Source: Candidatus Oxydemutatoraceae bacterium (GTDB taxonomy: Bacteria > Pseudomonadota > Gammaproteobacteria > Poriferisulfidales > Oxydemutatoraceae). From it: a stretch of DNA of 64,000 bases. This document shows positions 48,800-56,916 of the stretch, piece after piece. Numbering within the stretch: the stretch's first letter is position 1; every line of letters begins with the position of its first letter. Below the pieces are notes generated by a model. The model did not search any database and was not told the origin of the DNA. It saw only the letters and a program-made list of their open reading frames with translations. Where the stretch lies: NCBI GenBank assembly GCA_965218975.1, contig OZ244717.1:960001-1024000 (forward strand). The letters run 5' to 3'. The position numbers and the translations under genes were made by a program.

Positions 48800-50461
48800 A
48801 TGAAAGCAGCGGAACTGTTTGTCAAATGTTTGGAAAATGAAGGTGTTGAATACATTTTTGGCATTCCCGGCGAAGAAAACATTGATCTGATGGATGCTTT
48901 ACTTGACAGTAATATTCGCTTTATCACAACACGACACGAGCAAGGCGCCGCATTTATGGCGGATGTGTACGGCAGGCTCACTGGTAAACCCGGTGTATGT
49001 CTCAGCACTTTAGGCCCCGGCGCCACGAATCTAATTACCGGCTTCGCCGATGCCAATATGGACAACGCACCGATCGTCGGGATTGCCGGACAGGGCACGA
49101 CAGCCCGAATGCATAAGGAAAGCCATCAGATCCTTGATCTTGTTAACTTGTTTAAGCCAATTTCAAAATACAGTATCGGTTTGCGCACAGCGGAAGTGAT
49201 TCCGGAAGTGGTGCGCAAGGCATTTCGCGATGCAGCCAGCGAAAAACCGGGCGGGAGCTTTATTGATTTGCCGGAAAATATTGCCAAAGCCGAAGTATCT
49301 GACGGTCTGCACCCCTTGCTGATTAGCACTCCCGATATTATGAAAGCGTCGGAAGCGGCAATTGAGCGGGCAGCCGATTTGATTGCACAGGCAAAATTTC
49401 CGGTGGTGTTGGTCGGCAACGGTGTAATTCGTTCCGGCGCTTGCGATGCCTTGCGTATGTTTGCTGAAACATTACAAATACCCGTTGCGAATACATTTAT
49501 GGCAAAAGGCAGCCTGTCTTTTTCACACAAATTGAGTTTGGGAACCATCGGTTTGCAAGCTCAGGATTATGTTACTTGCGGACTTTCGTACGCCGATGTA
49601 ATCATCTGTGCCGGTTATGATATGGTTGAGTATCATCCGAAACTATGGAACCCGGACGCCGATAAAGCTATTATTCATGTTGCCCCGATTGCTGCCGAAA
49701 CCGATGCTTGCTACATTCCAAAATGTCCGGTGATTGGGGATATCGGAACTTCATTACAAAGCATTACGCAGATATGTAATTCAAAACGAGACAAGCAAAC
49801 GTGTCGAGAAAAACCGGAATATGCTAATGCTTTACGCAAGCTTATCGCAGAAGATTTTACGGCGTACGCAAACGACTCAGGTTTCCCGGTCAAACCGCAA
49901 AAAATTGTTTGTGATTTGCATCAGGCGGTAAATTCCCGCGATATTGTCATTAGCGATGTCGGTGCACATAAAATGTGGATGGCACGTATGTATCAGGCCG
50001 AACAACCGAACACTTGTCTGATTTCCAATGGTTTTGCTTCAATGGGAATTGCGGTACCGGGGGCAATTGCCGCTAAATTGGTGCACCCAGACCGGAATAT
50101 AGTGGCTGTTACCGGCGATGCGGGTTTTATGATGAACTCGCAGGAGATGGAAACTGCGCTACGAATCGGCACGCCGATCGTAATTCTAATTTGGAAGGAT
50201 AATGCGTATGGCTTGATTGCTTGGCATCAGTTGAAAGAATTTGGTCGGACAAGTCACATTAACTTTACCAATCCCGACTTTGTAAAATATGCGGAAAGCT
50301 TTGGTGCAAAAGCTTATCGCGTTGAAGCGGCCGCTGATTTGCTGCCGATCATCAAACGTGCGTTAGCCGATGAAACGGTGGTGGTAATTGATTGTCCGGT
50401 TGATTATTCGATGAATATGAAATTTACCGAACAGATGGGTAACTTGGTTTGCCCAATTTGA
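48800..50461 (+). CDS. Acetolactate-synthase-like ThDP-dependent decarboxylase (possible 2-oxoglutarate decarboxylase)
   Basis: CLENEGVEYIFGIPGEEN, TLGPGATN, HKESHQ, DVGAHKMWMAR, GDAGFMMNSQE.ETA, NPDFVKYAESFG. Confidence 0.85.
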   Translation: MKAAELFVKCLENEGVEYIFGIPGEENIDLMDALLDSNIRFITTRHEQGAAFMADVYGRLTGKPGVCLSTLGPGATNLITGFADANMDNAPIVGIAGQGTTARMHKESHQILDLVNLFKPISKYSIGLRTAEVIPEVVRKAFRDAASEKPGGSFIDLPENIAKAEVSDGLHPLLISTPDIMKASEAAIERAADLIAQAKFPVVLVGNGVIRSGACDALRMFAETLQIPVANTFMAKGSLSFSHKLSLGTIGLQAQDYVTCGLSYADVIICAGYDMVEYHPKLWNPDADKAIIHVAPIAAETDACYIPKCPVIGDIGTSLQSITQICNSKRDKQTCREKPEYANALRKLIAEDFTAYANDSGFPVKPQKIVCDLHQAVNSRDIVISDVGAHKMWMARMYQAEQPNTCLISNGFASMGIAVPGAIAAKLVHPDRNIVAVTGDAGFMMNSQEMETALRIGTPIVILIWKDNAYGLIAWHQLKEFGRTSHINFTNPDFVKYAESFGAKAYRVEAAADLLPIIKRALADETVVVIDCPVDYSMNMKFTEQMGNLVCPI

Positions 50462-50508
50462 TAATTAGTCTGATACCGTAATGAATATGGGCAGCCGAGA
50501 GAAAGAAA

Positions 50509-51942
50509 ATGATTAAACATTATTCTGCTAAAGTGTTGAATGGCAGCGTTACAGATAGGCTCGAAGTAACCGCTCCTTGGGACGGCAGTTTGGTTGGTTC
50601 GGTTGATGTGGTAGGAGGCGATGTGATGCAATCAGCGCTACAGTCAGCCTACGCGTTGTATCAAGATCGTAGTCAATGGCTGTCGGCACAACACCGGATA
50701 GAAATTTTGGATAAAGCCAAGCGCATCGTGCTTGATCGTGTCGAAGAGTTGGCGTTGCAAGTATCCAAAGAAAGTGGCAAACCTTTGGTTGATTCGCGTA
50801 TCGAATTGATCCGGGCGGCCGATGGGTTGCAAAGTTGTATTGATTGTATTCGTACACATCATGGCGAAGAAATACCGATGGGTATTAGCGCATCTTCTGT
50901 CAACCGCATTGCATTTACTACCTATGAACCTATTGGGACCGTAATGGCGTATAGCGCGTTTAACCACCCATTTAATTTGATTGTGCATCAAGTTGCGCCG
51001 GCAGTAGCAGCAGGATGCCCGGTAATTGTCAAACCTGCTCATAAGGCACCATTGTCGTGTTTCGCATTTGTTGAGATTCTTTACGAAGCAGGTTTGCCCG
51101 AAGGGTACTGCCGATCACTGGTGGTTGATCTTGATGTGGCGCAACAAACGGTTGCCGATGAGCGGATTGGATTTTTTAGTTTTATAGGAAGCGGTAAGGT
51201 CGGATGGATGCTACGTAGCCGACTTTCGCCGGGGACGCGTTGTGCGCTTGAGCACAGCGGCGTCGCGCCGGTGATTATTGCCGAAGATGCCGACCTTGAC
51301 GGATGTTTGCCTTTAATTGCCCGTGGAGGGTTTTATCACGCCGGACAAGTTTGTGTTTCGGTACAGAGAGTTTTTGCGCACGAATCAATTGTTCGCCAGG
51401 TTGCGGAACGGTTGGCATCACAGGCAGACGCCATGATTATTGGTGACCCGACTTCTGCCGATACGGATGTCGGTCCTTTGATTCGCCACAGTGAAGTTCA
51501 ACGCGTCGGTAATTGGGTTGATGAGGCGGTTGCCAATGGCGCCGAACTGATTTGCGGCGGGAAGGCAATGTCGGACAGTTGCTACCATTGCACTGTGCTG
51601 TTGAATCCTGCCGACGATGCGACAATATCGCGTCATGAAGTGTTCGGTCCGGTTATCTGTGTCTATTCGTATACTGAAATAGATGATGCAATTCGACGTG
51701 CCAATAACGTGCCGTTTTCATTTCAGGCGGCAGTATTATCTCGCAACGTTGATACCGCGATGTATTGCTTCAGACGACTGAACGCGGCGGCGGTTTTTAT
51801 AAACGATCATACCGCATTTCGCGTTGACTGGATGCCATTTGCCGGTCACAAAACTTCCGGTTACGGCACGGGCGGTATCGCTTATACCTATGAAGATATG
51901 CAGGCGAGAAAATTATTTGTTCTGCGGTCGGGAAGTTTGTGA
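50509..51942 (+). CDS. Aldehyde dehydrogenase (RL0313/ALDH21-like; possible succinate-semialdehyde dehydrogenase)
   Basis: AFNHPFNLIVHQVAPA, FIGSGKVGWMLRSRLSPGTRCALEHSG, catalytic GQVCVS, EVFGP, FRVDWMPF.G...SG.G. Confidence 0.88.
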   Translation: MIKHYSAKVLNGSVTDRLEVTAPWDGSLVGSVDVVGGDVMQSALQSAYALYQDRSQWLSAQHRIEILDKAKRIVLDRVEELALQVSKESGKPLVDSRIELIRAADGLQSCIDCIRTHHGEEIPMGISASSVNRIAFTTYEPIGTVMAYSAFNHPFNLIVHQVAPAVAAGCPVIVKPAHKAPLSCFAFVEILYEAGLPEGYCRSLVVDLDVAQQTVADERIGFFSFIGSGKVGWMLRSRLSPGTRCALEHSGVAPVIIAEDADLDGCLPLIARGGFYHAGQVCVSVQRVFAHESIVRQVAERLASQADAMIIGDPTSADTDVGPLIRHSEVQRVGNWVDEAVANGAELICGGKAMSDSCYHCTVLLNPADDATISRHEVFGPVICVYSYTEIDDAIRRANNVPFSFQAAVLSRNVDTAMYCFRRLNAAAVFINDHTAFRVDWMPFAGHKTSGYGTGGIAYTYEDMQARKLFVLRSGSL

Positions 51943-53303
51943 ATGCCGTACGACTGAGCCAGTCTAAAGCTTCGGATCAAACGATCTGTTGTGATGCCGC
52001 AGACTTCGGTTTGTATTCCGAGCTGATTTCTCCGGGCGCATTGAATGTGATCGCGACCTTACAAGCCGCCGGCTATCAGACATATATTGTCGGTGGCAGT
52101 ATCCGTGACATCCTACTTGATAATTCGCCGAAGGATTTTGATGTTGCAACATGTGCAACACCGCATCAGATTGTGCGCAACTTTTCCCGTAGCCGTATTG
52201 TCGGCAAGCGCTTCAAGATTGTGCACGTGCGTTTACAACGAGAATTGATCGAAGTAACAACATTTCGTTCAATGTTACGACCTGATGCGACTAATAATCA
52301 AGTTACCAGAGACGGGATGATCATCGCGGACAATGAATACGGTAATCTTGAAGAGGATATGATGCGCCGCGACTTTACCGTCAACGCAATCTACTATGAT
52401 CCTTTCAACAATCAGTTGATAGCACACGCGGATGCGCTTGCCGATATTAAGCATGGCCGACTTCGGTTTATCGGCGACGCATGGCAACGTTATCGCGAAG
52501 ATCCGGTGCGGATATTACGCGCGATACGCTTGGCTTCAAAAACCGGCTTGAAACTTGATGGCAAGGCAGTTCGAGCTATTGCACCATTATCACCTCTGTT
52601 ACACGAAGTGTCGTCGGCAAGACTATTCGAAGAAGCCATCAAATTGTTTCATTGCGGCGCGGCATTATCAGCGTGCCTTTTATTACAGCGTTACCGATTA
52701 TTTAGTATGTTGTTCCCACTGGCGGCAAAGGCTTTGGAAAATGATACCGGTGGCAAGCAAGCAGCATTGCTAAAAGCCTTATTTGTCAGTACAGATCAGC
52801 GAATTGCCGACGACAAGCCGGTGATTCCTTCTTTTGCAATCGCGATTATTCTTTGGTTGTCGCTGTCATCGCTTGCTCGGAGCCGTAACGTTTCACCGCA
52901 TCGAAAGGCCGATTTATCCCTACTTGAGGAGTGCCGGCCGCCGGATAAAATTCAGACTGGCCCGGAATTAAGATCTGCGCTGTGCCGAATATTGGATTTT
53001 CAAAACAGTTATGTATTTATACCTAGGAGGATTGCCGGAATCAGTCTTGAGATTTGTTTGCTGCAACTACGATTTGAAAACCGCAGAGTTAGAAGCATGC
53101 ATTATTTGTTTGAACATGTACGCTTTCGGGCGGCGTATGATTTTTTTTGTTTGTGTGCCGAAGCAGGCTTAGCAAGCCGCGAATCTGCGCTATGGTGGAC
53201 AAAATTACAGGAGATGGATGAGAAAAGCCGGCAACATGCCATAAAACAACGTGCCGAAAAGAATCTTCGTCCGCATTTTGCAAGAAAACGCAAGGAGCGG
53301 TAA
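51939..53303 (+). CDS. pcnB: Poly(A) polymerase I
   Basis: VGG.IRD.LL...PKDFDVAT, signature IVGKRFKIVHV, EVTTFR, RRDFTVNA, EDPVRILRA, FRAAYDF; upstream of folK. Confidence 0.95.
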   Translation: MNAVRLSQSKASDQTICCDAADFGLYSELISPGALNVIATLQAAGYQTYIVGGSIRDILLDNSPKDFDVATCATPHQIVRNFSRSRIVGKRFKIVHVRLQRELIEVTTFRSMLRPDATNNQVTRDGMIIADNEYGNLEEDMMRRDFTVNAIYYDPFNNQLIAHADALADIKHGRLRFIGDAWQRYREDPVRILRAIRLASKTGLKLDGKAVRAIAPLSPLLHEVSSARLFEEAIKLFHCGAALSACLLLQRYRLFSMLFPLAAKALENDTGGKQAALLKALFVSTDQRIADDKPVIPSFAIAIILWLSLSSLARSRNVSPHRKADLSLLEECRPPDKIQTGPELRSALCRILDFQNSYVFIPRRIAGISLEICLLQLRFENRRVRSMHYLFEHVRFRAAYDFFCLCAEAGLASRESALWWTKLQEMDEKSRQHAIKQRAEKNLRPHFARKRKER

Positions 53304-53806
53304 TGGTGCTCGCCGCAATCGCATTGGGGGCAAATCTGGGTAATCCGTGTGCGGCGATTCAATCTGCCATCAATGCGTTAGGCCGGAAAGATAATATTCA
53401 TTTGTTGGTGCGTTCTAGCTTGTATAGTAGCGCCGCGGTCGGGCCCGCGGGACAACCGGATTATATTAACGCTGCTATTATGGCGGAAGTTAGCTTGTCC
53501 CCCCTATCATTACTCGATTGCCTACAAAAGTTGGAATTGCATTATGGCCGGACGCGCGACGTCAAACATTGGGGGCCGCGCGAATTGGATTTGGATTTGA
53601 TCACTTACGGCGACGAAATTATTCACAATGCCCGATTGGTTGTACCGCACCCGGAAGCATACCATCGTTGCTTTGTGTTAGCGCCGTTAGCGGAGATCGC
53701 TCCGCATTTAGTTTTGCCCGGATGTGGCATGGTGGCGACTTTGCTGGCAAAGTGCGATACCGGCACGGTGCGCAAAGTCAATGCGCGCATACGGGAACAT
53801 GGCTGA
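53303..53806 (+). CDS. folK: 2-amino-4-hydroxy-6-hydroxymethyldihydropteridine diphosphokinase
   Basis: ALGANLG, QPDYINA, WGPRELDLD, VPHP...R.FVL.PL.EI. Confidence 0.95.
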   Translation: MVLAAIALGANLGNPCAAIQSAINALGRKDNIHLLVRSSLYSSAAVGPAGQPDYINAAIMAEVSLSPLSLLDCLQKLELHYGRTRDVKHWGPRELDLDLITYGDEIIHNARLVVPHPEAYHRCFVLAPLAEIAPHLVLPGCGMVATLLAKCDTGTVRKVNARIREHG

Positions 53807-54437
53807 GTTGCCGAAGTATATTGCGGTTGAAGGTCCGATCGGCGTTGGTAAAACGGTTCTTGCCGAGCAAATTGCGGAAACTTTTTCCGCTTGCCTTGCG
53901 CTTGAAGCATTTCGGGAAAATCCATTTCTGGAAAAATTCTATTCTGATCCGGAGCGCTTTGCTTTACCGACACAATTGTTTTTTTTGACTAGTCGAGTGA
54001 AGCAAGTTCAATCATTTATTCAGACGGATCTTTTTCATCCGACACGAGTCACCGATTTTTTGATTGACAAGGATAAGTTATTTGCCGAATTAACATTGGA
54101 GCGTGAGCAGTTTGATTTGTACTGTCAGGTTTATAATACTTTAACCCAAGGTCTGATTCATCCCGACTTGGTAATTTACTTACAAGCGCCGGTTGAAGTG
54201 CTGATGGATCGTATTGCCGAGCGCGGGCGAGGCTTCGAGCGAGGAATTGAAAGCAGTTACTTGGAACGAATCAGTCAAAAGTATTCTGAGTTTTTTTATC
54301 ACTACCATGTCACGCCATTATTAGTTGTGAACGTAGCTGAGGTTGATTTTAGGCGCGGCGGAAGCGATTATCGGCAATTGCTTGAACGCATCAAATCAGT
54401 ACGTCCCGGGAAGTATTATTTCAATCCTTCGTCGTAG
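53799..54437 (+). CDS. Deoxynucleoside kinase
   Basis: YIAVEGPIGVGKT, NPFLEKFY, PDLVIYLQA...L..RI..RGR. Start ATG 53799. Confidence 0.92.
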   Translation: MAELPKYIAVEGPIGVGKTVLAEQIAETFSACLALEAFRENPFLEKFYSDPERFALPTQLFFLTSRVKQVQSFIQTDLFHPTRVTDFLIDKDKLFAELTLEREQFDLYCQVYNTLTQGLIHPDLVIYLQAPVEVLMDRIAERGRGFERGIESSYLERISQKYSEFFYHYHVTPLLVVNVAEVDFRRGGSDYRQLLERIKSVRPGKYYFNPSS

Positions 54438-54831
54438 TATTTTTTTATGAATGTCGAGCACGTCATTCGACAAGTGCCGTCAGTTACAGCCACATCAGCG
54501 AGTGGAGTGTGAAAACCGCAAGCCGCTTATAGAGAACTTGGACAACGCCGGGCCGCGGATTTATGTATATAATCCCTCTAATATAAAAGTTTATTACCGG
54601 TGTTCTTTGCAGGTTTGATGAGGAATAAAGTGTTAAAAAACGTCAATGTCAATAAAAACTTACCTGAAGTGTTCGGTTGGTAAGGAATCCGGCGAATAGC
54701 AGCGGTTTAAGTGATCGGCAATCGGCGTGGTTTGCAGCATACTCGGCTAACCGGTCTTTCCGCTCCGTGATAGTAAAACACCGGATGAGCCGTATAAACT
54801 ATTCCATATAATCCTTTGTTGTGATTAATTG

Positions 54832-55620
54832 ATGAGTAATAGAAGGAAACGTATCACTCTGAGCAGTCTGAAGCAGTATTGCAAGCAGTCCGAGAAAATT
54901 GCTTGCTTGACGGCTTACGATGCGACTTTTGCGAAAATACTTGAAGCGGCGAAAGTTGATGTGATTCTAGTCGGTGATTCTTTGGGGATGATAGTTCAGG
55001 GGCGAGAAACGACATTGGCGGTAACGATTGAGGATATGGTCTACCATTGCGCCTGTGTCAGCCGGGCGGTTTTTCGCCCGATGATTATGGCCGATATGCC
55101 GTTTATGAGTTATACCTCGATTGATCAGGCTTTACACAACGCCGGGCGTCTCGTTAAAGAAGGTGGTGCGCAAATCGTCAAACTTGAATCCGACCGGCGT
55201 CAGATTAATTTGATTCGAGAGTTCAGCGCCTACGGAATCGCATCGTGCGCACATCTGGGGCTCCGCCCGCAATGGATTCATAAATTAGGTGACTATTCAA
55301 TGCAAACAGACAACGCGGCTCAGTTGGAAAGTGATGCGCAAGCATTGATTGAGGCAGGCGCCGATATACTTTTACTTGAGTGTGTACCGCCGCAGCTTGC
55401 AGCTAAGATTACCAAAGATTCCACCATTCCGGTGATAGGGATTGGCGCCGGATCGGTATGTGACGGTCAAATTCTCGTAACACAGGATATACTCGGTATG
55501 ACGGATTTCTCGCCTTGGTTTGCTAAAGATTTTTTATCCGAATCCACTTCAATCGAAGCGGCGATTGCAGCGTATGTTCGTGCCGTGAAAAACCATAGTT
55601 TTCCCGGCACCGGCGCGTGA
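54832..55620 (+). CDS. panB: 3-methyl-2-oxobutanoate hydroxymethyltransferase
   Basis: LTAYDA, ILVGDSLGM, ADMPFMSY, VKLE, HLGLRPQ, IGIGAG..CDGQILV. Confidence 0.96.
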   Translation: MSNRRKRITLSSLKQYCKQSEKIACLTAYDATFAKILEAAKVDVILVGDSLGMIVQGRETTLAVTIEDMVYHCACVSRAVFRPMIMADMPFMSYTSIDQALHNAGRLVKEGGAQIVKLESDRRQINLIREFSAYGIASCAHLGLRPQWIHKLGDYSMQTDNAAQLESDAQALIEAGADILLLECVPPQLAAKITKDSTIPVIGIGAGSVCDGQILVTQDILGMTDFSPWFAKDFLSESTSIEAAIAAYVRAVKNHSFPGTGA

Positions 55621-55633
55621 ATTACGCATAACG

Positions 55634-56506
55634 ATGCAGGTTCTTCGGATTCTCGAAGAAGTTGAGCGCCACGTCGGCACATTGCGCCGTGAGAATCGCT
55701 CTATTGCATTGGTTCCCACAATGGGCGGGTTGCATCCCGGGCATGTCGCTTTGTTACAATCTGCGGCACAGTACGCTGATGTCGTTATCGCAAGCTTATT
55801 TGTCAATCCTTTGCAGTTTGATTGCAAGCAAGATTTTGATTCGTATCAACGTGTTGAGGAGGCGGATTTTAAATGGTTGCGTGAGCATCATGTCGGATAT
55901 GTGTTTGCGCCCGATCATAGTGTGATGATTCCACCCGAAAACGGTGACGGCATTTATGTGACGCCCGGAACACTAGGCCTTGAATTGTGCGGTAGACATC
56001 GGCCGGGACATTTTCAAGGCATGCTGACCATTGTTGCTAAGCTGTTAAACATTTTCTCTCCTGATTTTGCAGTTTTTGGGGAAAAGGATTATCAACAGTT
56101 GCTTTTAGTCCGAAAAATGGTTACGTGGTTAAATTTTACTTGCCGCATTATTGCGGTGCCGACGGTGCGTGAGCGTGACGGTTTAGCGTGCAGTTCCAGA
56201 AACGTTCATTTGGACGGGCCGCAGAGAAAACAAGCGCCATTATTGTATGCCGGCTTATCGCAGCTTGCGGCTGTCATCCGTGATCAAAACCCCGCTATCA
56301 AACAGTATTCCGCATTGGCGAGTAATGCAATTCGCCAATTGAATAAAGCGGATTTTGAGGTTGATTATCTTGAGGTTCGCGATGCGGATACTTTACATCT
56401 AGTGAGTAGGCAATCTAAACGGTTGGTTATTTTAGCCGCCGTTCGACTTGGTCAAACACGGTTGATAGATAACATAACCGTAACCCCCAAGCAGGTGTTA
56501 AAATAA
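55634..56506 (+). CDS. panC: Pantoate--beta-alanine ligase
   Basis: VPTMGGLHPGH, FVNPLQF, RPGHFQG, FGEKDYQQ, RE.DGLA.SSRN, RLIDN. Confidence 0.96.
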   Translation: MQVLRILEEVERHVGTLRRENRSIALVPTMGGLHPGHVALLQSAAQYADVVIASLFVNPLQFDCKQDFDSYQRVEEADFKWLREHHVGYVFAPDHSVMIPPENGDGIYVTPGTLGLELCGRHRPGHFQGMLTIVAKLLNIFSPDFAVFGEKDYQQLLLVRKMVTWLNFTCRIIAVPTVRERDGLACSSRNVHLDGPQRKQAPLLYAGLSQLAAVIRDQNPAIKQYSALASNAIRQLNKADFEVDYLEVRDADTLHLVSRQSKRLVILAAVRLGQTRLIDNITVTPKQVLK

Positions 56507-56510
56507 GGCT

Positions 56511-56891
56511 ATGCAACTAAATTTTCTAAAATCCAAGATACATCGTGCTCGCGTTACTCACGCTGAAGTGGAATACGAAGGTTCGCTTGCGATTGACAGT
56601 GAATTGCTGAATGTTGCCGGTATCGCCGAATACGAGCAGTTGCATGTCTATAACCTTTCTAACGGAGAGCGGTTTATTACGTATGCCATTGCCGCACATA
56701 AAGGCAGCCGCATTATTTCTGCCAATGGCGGCGCCGCATATAAAGCGAACCCGGATGATAGGATTATCATTTGCACTTATTGCCAGATTGACGCGAGTCG
56801 AATCAAACAGCACAAACCAAAATTAGTTTATTTGGATTCCGCCAACCGTATTACGCGTGTCACAAATGAGATTCCCGTGCAAGCGGCATAA
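56511..56891 (+). CDS. panD: Aspartate 1-decarboxylase
   Basis: KSKIHRARVT, YEG|S self-cleavage site, NGERFITY, NGGAA. Confidence 0.96.
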   Translation: MQLNFLKSKIHRARVTHAEVEYEGSLAIDSELLNVAGIAEYEQLHVYNLSNGERFITYAIAAHKGSRIISANGGAAYKANPDDRIIICTYCQIDASRIKQHKPKLVYLDSANRITRVTNEIPVQAA

Positions 56892-56916
56892 TAATCGGTT
56901 TGATTGCAGAGAGGGT

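Noticed and set aside
54597-54784. 6S RNA call
   Set aside because: Size and closing stem fit loosely, but similarity is too weak by eye and the usual ygfA context is absent. Kept only as an unassigned leader.
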